Below are positions 1-35,478 of a stretch of 64,000 nucleotides of DNA, piece by piece. The stretch lies in assembly GCA_051362555.1 (NCBI GenBank), contig CM120646.1, forward strand, positions 17,298,001 through 17,362,000, in the 5' to 3' direction. This stretch comes from Lingula anatina (taxonomy: Eukaryota; Animalia; Brachiopoda). Position 1 is the first letter of the stretch. Each line of letters begins with the position of its first letter. The position numbers and the translations under genes are program-made. Under the pieces are notes generated by a model. It ran no database searches. It was given only the letters and a program-made list of their open reading frames with translations, and was not told the origin of the DNA.

Positions 1-1965
1 TTGAGATCCGAGAAGGCACAGTCCATCCTGAGTCTACTGGCTCAAGTCAGGGGACTTTACATTATAGCCTCTATTGACCATATTAATGCACCTCTCAGTG
101 AGTATATTGGCCCTGAAAAAGATGACTGTTATTGCGAAAAGTTACATCATATATTTAACATAGTGTAGGTGTGTGATTTTTTTCTGTTATCTGTTTATTT
201 CTTGCTGCCTTATTTTACAACAGAAAATTTGCCAAAGTAAACATAGTTTTTAATTTAATACTCGTAATGCTTTGAGGTATGTTGTCTGGAAAACTGCACG
301 TTTTTTAAAAAGTCCATTAGTATTTAAAATATATACAAAGTTCATGTGAAAGAAAAAAAGAAATAATATGATTTCTTATAACTGTTTTGAAATGGTCTTT
401 GTTGATAATTTATACTTATAATCACAGTGTGGGACCAGACCAAAGTCAGTCGGTTCAACTGGTTATGGTATGACACCACCACTTATCTTCCCTATGTGGA
501 GGAGACATCGTATGAAAACTCGTTACTGGTGCAGCAGTCAGGTGCTCTTGCTCTGAGCTCGTTAACCAACGTGATGCAGAGCTTGACTCCCAATGCCAAG
601 AAGATTTTCATGATTGTTGTTCAGTATCAGCTTGACAGCCAGGACAACCCTGCTTACATAGGTATCTTTCAAATGGCAAAAAAAAACAAAAACAAAAAAA
701 TTAACATTATATTGAAGGTACTATCACACTCTTGCCTATAGCACTAACATATTAGAAGGAAATATTCATATGCAGACAAACACAAGGGATTCAATACTTA
801 CATTTTATATGATCCGAGTGTGCAGGTAAACAAAAATGTATGTTAATATATGCTAGGGGAGATTAAACATTTTGAGCATGTTCATAAACAATTTTATACA
901 CTCCTTCTATGTCCTTTCTCATACCCTGGATATAAAGGGCAATTTCATTTGCTCACAGTAGATTTCACATGTAATACTCATATGTGCCTCTATATGCTAG
1001 AGTGTGACAGAGCCTGCTTAGGAGAACAGTCAGGATGTATGGAGTCCAGTTATATTTATCTGTCTTTCTTGAATTTATTGCTCTTGTACCATATTTTCCT
1101 GTCACAGTTAGGAAATGATCTTGTAATTATGGTTAAGGAAGCATAACATTGATTAAAAATAATTGGAATTTAATTAAATGGAAAACGAAGAATATAATAT
1201 ATTTATCTGTCTTTCTTGAATTTATTGCTCTTGTACCATATTTTCCTGTCACAGTTAGGAAATGTTCTTGTAATTATGGTTAAGGAAGCATAACATTGAT
1301 TAAAAATAATTGGAATTTAATTAAATGAAAAATGAAGAATTATCAACACCCAACTTTTCATTTTAAAAAGTTAGAAATGTTTGTGTTTGCTACTAGTATT
1401 TACTTCATACCTCATGTAATTATCCACTTCCATGCAATTAAAAAATGATTTTATCAGAATATGATAACATTTCTAAAGATAGCAATGTCAAAAGATGAAA
1501 GTGTATTGAAACCATATGCCTTGACCGTTATTTTGCTGCTTTTTTATAGGTATTTCCTTTCAAGATTTGTATCAGAAGTGCCGAGAGGCATTCCTCGTCA
1601 ATAGTGATCTCACTTTAAAAGCACAACTTACAGAATTCAGAGACCATAAGTTGATCAAATCAAGAAAAGTAAGGACTGTTCTGTTTTAATTTTGAAAGAA
1701 AAGAAACAAGTAGAATTTCCATCATTTGCATGAAAGACTGTTGTATTTATAATAGGCATCTTACCGGTTTTCCAGATACATCACTATGATCACACATTAT
1801 ACATCACCATGATCACATGACATATTACCATGATCACATGACACATCTCCATGATCATGACATTTTATGATCACATGACATATAATATGATCACATGAAA
1901 AAAACTTGAACATATGATGATGACATTTCCCTGAAATGGCATAATGCCTTGATTTTTGTGTTACA

Positions 1966-1996
<31 letters not shown>

Positions 1997-2297
1997 TTTA
2001 TTTCTTAAAACCGCACTACACTAGCGTCTCAGTGCTGTTTACAGGTAAAATTATTAGGATTACAACTTATTATATATATAATAAAAGCTAAGGTAAAAAA
2101 AAAAAATAAAAAATTAACATGAAAGGTTGCTATCAGTAATTTGTGTTAAACATTTTAAGATAACTAGTTACTGATCACTTTGCAGTAAATGTGTTCCTGT
2201 TATATATTTCTAGGGTATTGATGGTATTGAGCACCTCTTCATACCACTTGATGCTGCCACATTAACTGACTTCACTGAACAGCTGGAAGAGTCTTGA
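1..2297 (+). CDS. ORC2: Origin recognition complex subunit 2, C-terminal part (5'-partial; exons <1-97, 428-661, 1550-1668, 2214-2297)
   Basis: Spliced translation [93 protein letters not shown]...[53 protein letters not shown]...ES* matches the ORC2 C-terminus. All introns are GT-AG with consistent phases. Stop TGA at 2295-2297; candidate AATAAA at ~3050. Confidence 0.96.
1052..1340. repeat. Near-perfect tandem duplication (~147-bp unit x2) in an ORC2 intron
   Basis: The block atatttatctgtctttcttgaatttattgctc...aattaaatg(g/a)aaa(c/t)gaagaat starts at 1052 and again at 1199, with only a few substitutions. Confidence 0.9.
1777..1897. repeat. Degenerate ~20-bp minisatellite (core catgatcacatgaca)
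   Basis: About six imperfect copies of (acatcac)catgatcacatg in an ORC2 intron. Confidence 0.75.
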
Positions 2298-5200
2298 CGA
2301 TACAATGGACTTCCTAGCAGCTGCATTGTTCACTGTTTTTTCATAATTTTAATTATGACCCTTAGCTATTAATTAAACCCTTTACAAACATGTTATATAT
2401 GTCATTGGTGAAACCTAAGGACATGGCATGCATACCACCCAAATATCTCTTCTGATTATTTTTTTTTTACTGGCAAATGTGTCCAGTGAATTACTTTTGT
2501 AGTATCTTGTGGTACCTTGTCTTATTTATCTTTTCCAGACAGTTTGTGGTACATTTATTATGCAATTTCTGCACTGTAGTAAGCATAAAATAATAAGTTG
2601 CCAGTGATAATGTATAAGTATTGGAACATTGAGGGACCTCTCACCTTTTAGCATGTCAATTGGTCCCAATTGGTCATCAATTTCAAATGCATCCCTAGGC
2701 TAGAAGAATGAGAGGGAGGGGGAAGGTTTTTGTAACTGCTAATTTTATCCCTCATTCGCCCAGTGACCTGCGTTGACAGAGCAGGGCATTAAGAGCCTTT
2801 ATCAGAAAATCATCCATTGCTTTTGCAGCAAATGATAGGAAATCTCTTCATTGGCAAGTTATTTAAAGATATAACTGCTGCAGACTTTTTTATTGAAATT
2901 GAATATTCATGGAATTACATGTTTTTGTTTTGAAATACCGTGATCCTAAATTCATGGTTGAATTTCTTTGCATCAGGAAGTCATCATTTTTGTTAAAGGT
3001 ACAGAGGTCAAAGATGTAACACTATTTTCATAAGAGTATATATTTTTGAAATAAAAATCCCAAAGAAGAATTACTGTTGGCATTTCTCTTTATATTTTTT
3101 CTGTGAAAAGTGTGAAATGGCTGCAATTATCAAACGACTTACAGAATTATGTCTCTCTAATTTAAAGAAATTATTTCAGATAAACTTATTCTAAGTGGAT
3201 GCATTAGAATAGAATAGAATGTACAAAAAACATGAAGTTTGTCGTGTTGGATTTGGCATGTTGTGGGCTGCTCTAATTTTGAATTTAAACTGAATCAATA
3301 TAAAAGAACATAACTACAAATAAAAGTACATGTATTACAACATAAGAGCCTTGCAAAAGAGTTAACCAAGTATTAATTTGTGGGTTACTATAGCACAGTT
3401 TCATCAGATTTAAGTATTATTTGGAAACCTCCATATTAGTGTGGATGTATCAAAAGTTTTGTATGGGACAAACTGAGGACTTGTGTGTAAGACAGATGTG
3501 ACAAGCATTACACCAGGGAGCCCTGGACTCGATAATACACAGGGATAGGTCATGAAATATCAATACTGGAACCATTTTTCCAGCAACAATTAATGTACCA
3601 TTTTAACCATTTTTCCTACAGGTTTTGATAACTGCAAATGACCAAACACAACTGACATCATAACAATCCAAAATAACAACCTTTCATTTTTATACCAGAA
3701 CTTCAAAAAAACTGCCATATCCAGACCATTGCACACTTTAAGAAATTTTTCTTTTGAGAAATGATCACAAGATTGGAAGACAAGCTTGTGAAAGATTCCA
3801 AACTCTTAACAGTCAACAATTTATTTTTAGATACTTTTATTTGTACCAATTCCTGAGTTTGACAAGGCAACGATACAGCACGTATCAACACCATATGAAA
3901 ATCACAGAACATATCAATTTAAATAACTGTCAAAATATTTTTTGAACCACCATAACTGCTTGCACCTATTACACACAAAAGAAAAAAAAGTGCTGCTGCT
4001 CTGTATGTGCCACCTCATGGTTTTACATCAATGTTTCACATAAGAAAAAATACTAAAAAGAGAACATCCAAGTTTTATCTTGGTGAGGAATGACAACATT
4101 CTGAAGTCTAGTTGAATAACAGCTGACTGATTTGGAAATGCTTACAATCTACATTTTTTTGATTATCTTGAGCTCAAAATTCCTAATTTTGTTGAGGTTT
4201 CACAATTTTGGGAAAAAAAGCAAAACTGTATTGGCAAATAGAACTACAATGCTACACAGGAGAACTCCCAAAGTAATTACTGCTAATCTTACCTTCAAGC
4301 CTTATTCAAACTACAACTGAAATCCAAATGGAACATTAACCGATGGACCCATTGAATATTAAATTTTGCTTTAATTACCTGCTATTTTAAAATAAAATGA
4401 CCACAACTGTCTGGAGACATTCAATTTAAAAGTTCAGGGAATCATGGGAGTCTGCTCGTGCTTGACTGACACATTCCTGCAAATCATCCTCATTGGATGA
4501 TACAAACTAGGCCATAATTAAAGCTTTTTCTACTACATGTATATCTGTTAATATCACCAATACATTTTGCAACACTATGTAGAAATGCATTCTGTACATA
4601 TATTTTGATATCTAATAATATGACACACAAAAATAAAAAGATGTACGCACGACACCGCTATTTTGCCCACTTGTAATAGTTGAGTGCTATTCAAGTGAAC
4701 TCTCTGTGCGATCTTCATACAGAATCCTCAACTCAATCAACTAGATTTCCCTCAAATTAACAAACTCATTGAATGGATATCGGATACTGTAAGTACATGT
4801 GCAGCAGTGGTAACACATAAATATCAATACAATTTTGATTGTCATGAATTAACAATATCTGTATTCTAAACACAAACACACAATATAACTAATTACCTTA
4901 CAGCATGCCATTTACCAGCATAGTAATAAATGCACAGTAACACTTCTAACACAGCTAAACATGAATTAATCCACTAATACATTTACTTATATGTACATGG
5001 ATTCGTAATAGATCATAATAGATTTGAGCAATACACGCCCACCTTCACTTTACTGATATGATTATGCTTAGGCGTGTAGATAATACTTAATATAATATGG
5101 CCTGGCAAGCCTTTTATCATGTTTTGTCCACATATCACAAATTTTTCCTATCCTGGCATTCGACAAAAAGAAAAGAAAGCTTGCACCAGCTAGATATTCT

Positions 5201-6367
5201 GAGCAAATGATTTATGTAAAAAAAGAGAAAAAAGGTAATACTGCTCCCATATAATACTGACTAGTTTCTTTTTAAATGAGATTTCTTACATTTGACTCTT
5301 AGTCAAAATGGCTTTGAAATTGAATAAAAAAAGTAATTCAGGCAATCTCAAAGTTGGCAAGGCTATAAACTCTTGATGTAAAATATTCCAACTCCCTGAT
5401 AATAACAGGTATGTACGTACATGTCAGTTTCTTGAATGTATCACATGTATGTGACAAAGTAACTACTGACTAATTCTTTCTGGACTTTATGGATATGTCA
5501 CTGACAAAACAATTACCTACATTCAGACAGAAAATTATAACAATATCATTTGCATTCACAAACGTAATTAGACTGTTCAAATCCCATATAACCACTATGA
5601 AATTGTACATTTAATAAGTTTAGTCCCTCCCTCCCAATATCCGTTTCTCTGAAAATCTCACCATTATTTAACAGGAAAAATGTATAAGTGACTAGGTATT
5701 GTGTATTGCAATGTGATAGTATCTACCACTTCTTAAACCCACCAGATAAATCGTCACAACTACCTTAATAAATAACTAAATAAATAAATGGGCGATTATG
5801 TTTGAAAATTTTGAGGTAGATGAAAAAATGGCCAACTATATACCCCATACATTGAACAGTCCTATGTACAATTTACTAGCAACATTAATATGCCATTGTA
5901 AATTATATATAACATTTAGAAACCTGGTTTGAATTACCCTTATTTATTCCAATGACTGTCACTATATTTCTATATAGTTTTTGAAACTGACTAGAGTAAA
6001 ACTTTTGCTGCCTCCTTCACACAACCCTGAATCAACAGATTTTGTAATCAAAAACAAGTTTCCTGTTAACTGTATAACAAACATTAAATCAGTAACAACT
6101 TTTTCAACATTTAAAATAAAACAACATTTAATTTCTGTGCTTGTTACAATTTTTTGATTGCATATTGACATTGCTACCCTATACACAAAAGGACAATAAC
6201 AGGGGAAAAAAGTAGGTAGAGTGCCTTTTTAATGTACTAATTGAGCAAGGGTTGCAATCTAACTGTACCACCCATGTTGTATTGGCTCTATTCTAGTAGT
6301 CACATGTAATCACATTTTTAGACTTAAACATACTGTACAGTAACAAAACTTTACTGAGTTTAAGTCA

Positions 6368-30319
<23,952 letters not shown>

Positions 30320-30900
30320 GCTGTTATCAAATTATGACCTCATATTATGACGATAAACTACAACTGTGAGAAATATTGCTTAAGAAACCGGAATAGCAGA
30401 TCGCCGGAACCTCTCAGCTACAGCATGGCCATGTTGATTTCTTCTGAAACTTCCTGTCAAAGAGAAAACATAAATTATGGATTAGGAATCGCACATACGA
30501 GCATGACCAATTGGGGGAGAAGAAAAGGGAAATATGGCACGTAAAAAAAACAAATAATAAAAAAATAATAATAATGATAAACGAAATATAATCACTATCT
30601 GAAAAAAAATTGTTCTTTAGTGATGAAATATGATTATAAAATCTCCAATGTTTTAGGAACTGCTCGAAAGAGATTAGAACATTTCTGACCACGTCAAGAT
30701 TGTTGCGTTTCTTTTTCTCCTCCACGATCTCTCCCCTATAAAATGGACACGCACCTGTTTGCCGGAGAGCGGATCAAATCGATGGTTATCGGCTTGTTAC
30801 GTAACGTGCTCCAATGTTGCATCTGCTTTCACAGGCACTAAGCCGTAAACAATTTTTACTCAGTGCGCGGGCGTAAAGGGGGGATTCCGTCTCAGATGCG
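30320..30900 (-). promoter_or_regulatory. 5'UTR and proximal promoter of the PR/zinc-finger gene (CpG-retaining)
   Basis: Local CpG enrichment upstream of ATG 30319; palindrome GTTACGTAAC at 30796-30805, CCAAT at 30811-30815, E-box CACCTG at ~30752. Confidence 0.5.
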
Positions 30901-31202
30901 AAAATTAAAAAAAAAAAAAACTACTATTGAATTCTTTTTTAATCTTTTGTATCACCCTTTTATCATCTTGTTCTGTGTGAAATTCAGTAAAACCTTTGAA
31001 TAAAAAGGCGAAAGTGACAAAATATCTTTCTATAATTAACAAAGCTGAATCATTTTATTTATCATCATTAGTATCTTTATTTTGTCATTTCATTAAGAAA
31101 AGAGCTCTAATGGTAATTTCATTGTTTAATATTTTATCGTTTAATTAAAAAAATGTAATTAAGGGTTTATTTTAGAAGTTCCATATCATCGGAAGTGCTG
31201 TG

Positions 31203-31211
31203 TTATTATTA

Positions 31212-31258
<47 letters not shown>
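31203..31258. repeat. (TTA)n microsatellite
   Basis: Direct reading; it generates the spurious poly-Leu ORF 31200-31394. Confidence 0.9.
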
Positions 31259-33461
31259 GCTACATGCTTTATCATATTTAATCAGCTTTTGTTGGTATGA
31301 AGAAGGTAGGATATGTAAAAACGTGATTTTAAAATTGATTTTTTTTATTTTAGTGACTTTACTACCCGTTTTTACTCTATTTATTCCAGACTAATAAGAG
31401 AAAATAAGCAATCATTTCATCAAATTAGAAAATAGCAATCATACTTGCAACTTTTTCTGGAAAATATAGAAATGTTTATATAAACAGTATACGGGGTTTC
31501 GAAAGTGTTACATCTACCTTAATTCTTTTTCTTGTCGGATGTCGCGTTTCAATGCCTGAAGACATGGTCCTTTATAAATTTTTGAATTACTCAGTTCAAA
31601 AATAGTATTTTTCGCGCGAAATCAATATACATAGAAAGTGCATGAAACCGTCCACTCTCCTTTAACCTAAAGAAGAAAGAAGTTAAGTACTGATTGTTAC
31701 ATTTTATTTTCTTGTTAATCAATTGTATATTACGTATGTACATACATATACAGAGACTTATAGGGATCTGAAACTCAACAGAAGAGTCGGTGAGAGCTGC
31801 AGAATTGTTGAAAATCCAAATAAATTTTTTTTTCTCCTGTTATCTATTATATCCATGAAATAATTAAGAATTATCATAAACATAACTTTTTGTAAAGAAC
31901 TGTTTTATGGTCTAAATTAAATGTTGTTGCTTTGAATAAAATGCATCCACAAAAACTGCATAAACTGATAACTGAATAAACTCAAGGAGTTATATCTCCT
32001 TGATAAACTGAACTGAATTCAAATGCATTTGAATAAATTGTCAAAATGTTGTATAACATCGTAATAAAAATATGTAAGTGCCTATTCTGACATGCAATAA
32101 CCCCACTCTTTAGCCCCATGCACTAATTATCCGTGAGCTATATGGGGTTTGCGGCAAACAGCAACAAGATAAAGCCAAGATACTAACAATACACGATAAT
32201 CAGAACTCGTCGGGGTTCATATTGGGGAAGAGCAAAATTATAACTATCAAGATAGAAATATATTGGCTGGATACTTTGTGGTTTATAAAAATGGTTTTTC
32301 AACTTTTCAATGGCAAAGCTGGCTTGACATCCATCAAGGGAATTTCATGCGGAGGGAATACCAACGGGAACTAGTTCTCTCAAAACCCGAAAGAGCCTCT
32401 TTTGTTTGAGCCGGTGGTTCCTCAAAAAGAAACCCGTCAAAATTAACCGGTTTGGAACAATATGGGTTCAGCAAGGAGCGGCGCCTTGGAGTCTGTGGTC
32501 ACCTAAGAAGAAAATGAAGAATTCTCGCTCATTAAGGCATTGACAATTACCACAGGTTTCGTGGGCGTTCCGCCATACAAACGCGTACAGCTGCCGCACT
32601 AATATAACCAATAGTTGCAATATTGAATCAAACACAAAACAAACATTCGTTTACCGTATCATTTGCAGCTTAGCGATTGTTTATTGGTATAAGCGAGTTT
32701 CGTGTTATTTAGGAGCGACAGAAGTTAAGGCGTTAATTGATTAATATGATTGAATGTAACTATTTGTGAAGCGACGAAACTTTTCATGCTCGAAAATATG
32801 CAAAATTGTTTGTACTTATTCCAGACGTTTAGATTACAATCGTGCGCTTGCATTGGAAGTTAAATGTGTCTTGCCAAAATACATGTATGTACGTTGCTAA
32901 AATACTGGCTAGGTATGTCTCACATTCTATGATAAATGCTAAATGACATGAAACGTCGCTAAAATTTATTTTTAAAAGGACATAGAAAATAATAATCTGA
33001 AATTAAAATCGCAAATATGAAAAAAATGATGACTTAATGGGTATAATTTTGGTGACAGTATTTTCAGTGTGGAATCTACAGTATGTAGCTAGCTATTTGC
33101 TTGACCGCGCATTGGGCTAGCCTAATATTTAAATCTTAAAAACGATAAAGACTCTCAAATATATATTAACATGAACCTGGTGTCAATATTTCCCTATGAA
33201 ATATACAGACATGTTGGTCTAAATGGTACGGGAAGTATTAAGAGCTCAATTGTTTAATTGAAATAACATCAGCAATAACAATTGTTTTATATTTCTTTTT
33301 CTTTTTTTCCATCTTTTTTAAATGATCTAGTCTCCATGCGAGATTTCGTTATTTCAGTTACTTACTTGCACCAGATTCAAAAGTTTAAACAAACCTTGTT
33401 AATAACAGCATGTAAATCATTTACAAAAACTAGCGCTATTTCAAACACGCTCGCGTGCGCA

Positions 33462-33463
<2 letters not shown>

Positions 33464-33505
<42 letters not shown>
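33464..33505. repeat. (CA)n microsatellite
   Basis: Direct reading of the sequence. Confidence 0.9.
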
Positions 33506-33509
<4 letters not shown>

Positions 33510-34321
33510 CGCACCCACACACACAATTTGTGTGGCCTGCCGTAAGGGTTATAGTACATCATTTAATTTAAAAAAGAGGTAAAAATATTGATCGAAAACT
33601 TGTGCCTAAAATGTTTGCCTCTTCAATCACATGAATCAGTTGCCTGATATGTCTGAGAGCAGATTCAACACTTCTCTCATATTTAAAAGCGAAAAACTAT
33701 GAATTAATGCCCTTATCCTTTGTACTCGATCCTCTAAGATATTTTCACCAAAATATATACATAAATAATGATTCAACAAAAAATGAATTAAAAATAAAAA
33801 AATCTTATTGTAGCCGTTGAATTTGGCCGTTTATGAATATTTATTAAAACAGAGATATATTTATTAAAACCGAGATATATAAGCCTAAGATTTTGTTTTG
33901 TTATAAAACTAAGGCTAAATTGAAGGCTCTGTCCAATAAGATTAGGCCAATGTTTGAAAAAAATACAGGAAGAAGCGAGAAGAAAAACAGATACATTTTA
34001 AGCACAATGGATTTTATTATATATGATACATTCGTTTCAAAATAGTATTTAAGGATTGAGTGACATATGCCAGTCATGAAATAACCCTAAAATTTGCCAT
34101 GAAACATGAAATACAAGGATCCTTTTTTTTCTTTCTTTTTTTTTTTTTTTTACCGAAAACTGAATGTTTTTGCTAGCGCCTGACAAAGTAAAAAATTTGC
34201 ATGCCCGGTAGAATATTGCATTTTTTCCAATCGTTCACGTTAAGTAACACACCAGTGTAAGGTATGTTGGACATGCTTTCGATACGTTTGCTAAATGCCA
34301 ACCGTCAACTTCACCTTCAAA

Positions 34322-34584
34322 CAGTGGCGGATTTAGAGGGGGGGGGGGGGGGGGGGGGCAGGGGGGTCCTGCCCCCCCCCCCTTCGGTTTCTAAAAAAAT
34401 ATCACACCAATATTCCCTTCTTGAAATTAGAATTTTGACTAGTTCTAAACCGTACCAAAGGGCACCGTTTGCCCTCCAAAACATCAAAAAAGTTGAGCAG
34501 GCCCTGAACCCCAGAGGCGATGCATCCGAGGCCTGTCGTTGACCCCCCCCCCCCCCCCTTCAACTAATCCTGGATCCACCCCTG
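34322..34584. mobile_element. hAT-like non-autonomous element with 6-bp TSD
   Basis: Termini cagtggcggatttagagggg / cctggatccacccctg, with poly-G and poly-C subterminal runs. TTCAAA lies at 34316-34321 and 34585-34590. Confidence 0.8.
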
Positions 34585-35259
34585 TTCAAATACATGAACA
34601 TGTTTATTTTGTTTTCGTCTGTTTCTATCTCCAAACCACACTCGCCAATGAAAAGTTAAATTGTGCTTTAACCCCCCCCCCCCAAAAAAAAAAAGGGGTG
34701 GGGGGGGGGTATGAATCAGTAGAGTCATGGAATTTCTAACAATAGCAAAACACGATTCAAATTAGCACAAATTCTAGCCTTTAGCTTTCAGTGGGTCAAA
34801 AACTCACCGAAAACTGGTCTTGTATTTGATAATAATAATTATATAGGCCGTAGACCCAGTGACCATGCATCGCCGAAGACTTTAACAAAAAGAAATAGAA
34901 TATATAATACAAGTTCAACACAGCTATGTCTCATAGGCTTTGTAAATCTCACGCCATAACCTTTTCACAAACCTGATACCAAGTACATCAACACTGGAAG
35001 GTAGATAAAAGAAAAGAAAAAAACCTTTTTCGATTTTCTGGCGGCGCTTTGACATATGCAGTTATTACAAGTCTGCATAATCAATGTACAGCCATCATGT
35101 ATAAACGCTGTTGCATTCGGTTACAATAACTCTTCTTCCATATTGATATTTATGGCTGTGCTGCACGACATGTGGTGTGTCAAACTGCTTGAACCTGAAA
35201 GACACATTTTTGGTTCTCCTCTCAGCTCCGATTGCACTGACATCCAAATGATGTATTTT

Positions 35260-35478
35260 TGACGATCTCACGCGAGGATTCCCGGGTTTCCCCGTTTCAA
35301 AACGAGGCCAAATAAATATTCATGAGACAACGTGAAATCAAAATGGCGGATGTAGCTTTCAAACTTTATTGCGATTCTCTTTGTCCCAATTAAAAGAAAA
35401 TTCTAAGAGATACGAGAAGCGGAGATGTACCACAGGATCCAAGTACGTTTAGTGAGATAGGAAAATACCTGTTTTAAG
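35260..35478 (+). promoter_or_regulatory. Probable promoter and non-coding first exon of the USF3-like gene
   Basis: CpG-retaining patch; YY1-type CAAAATGGCGG at 35339-35349; splice donor AAG|GTGAGA at 35478/35479. The first coding exon has an acceptor at 41973/41974 upstream of its ATG, so an upstream exon is required. Confidence 0.55.
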
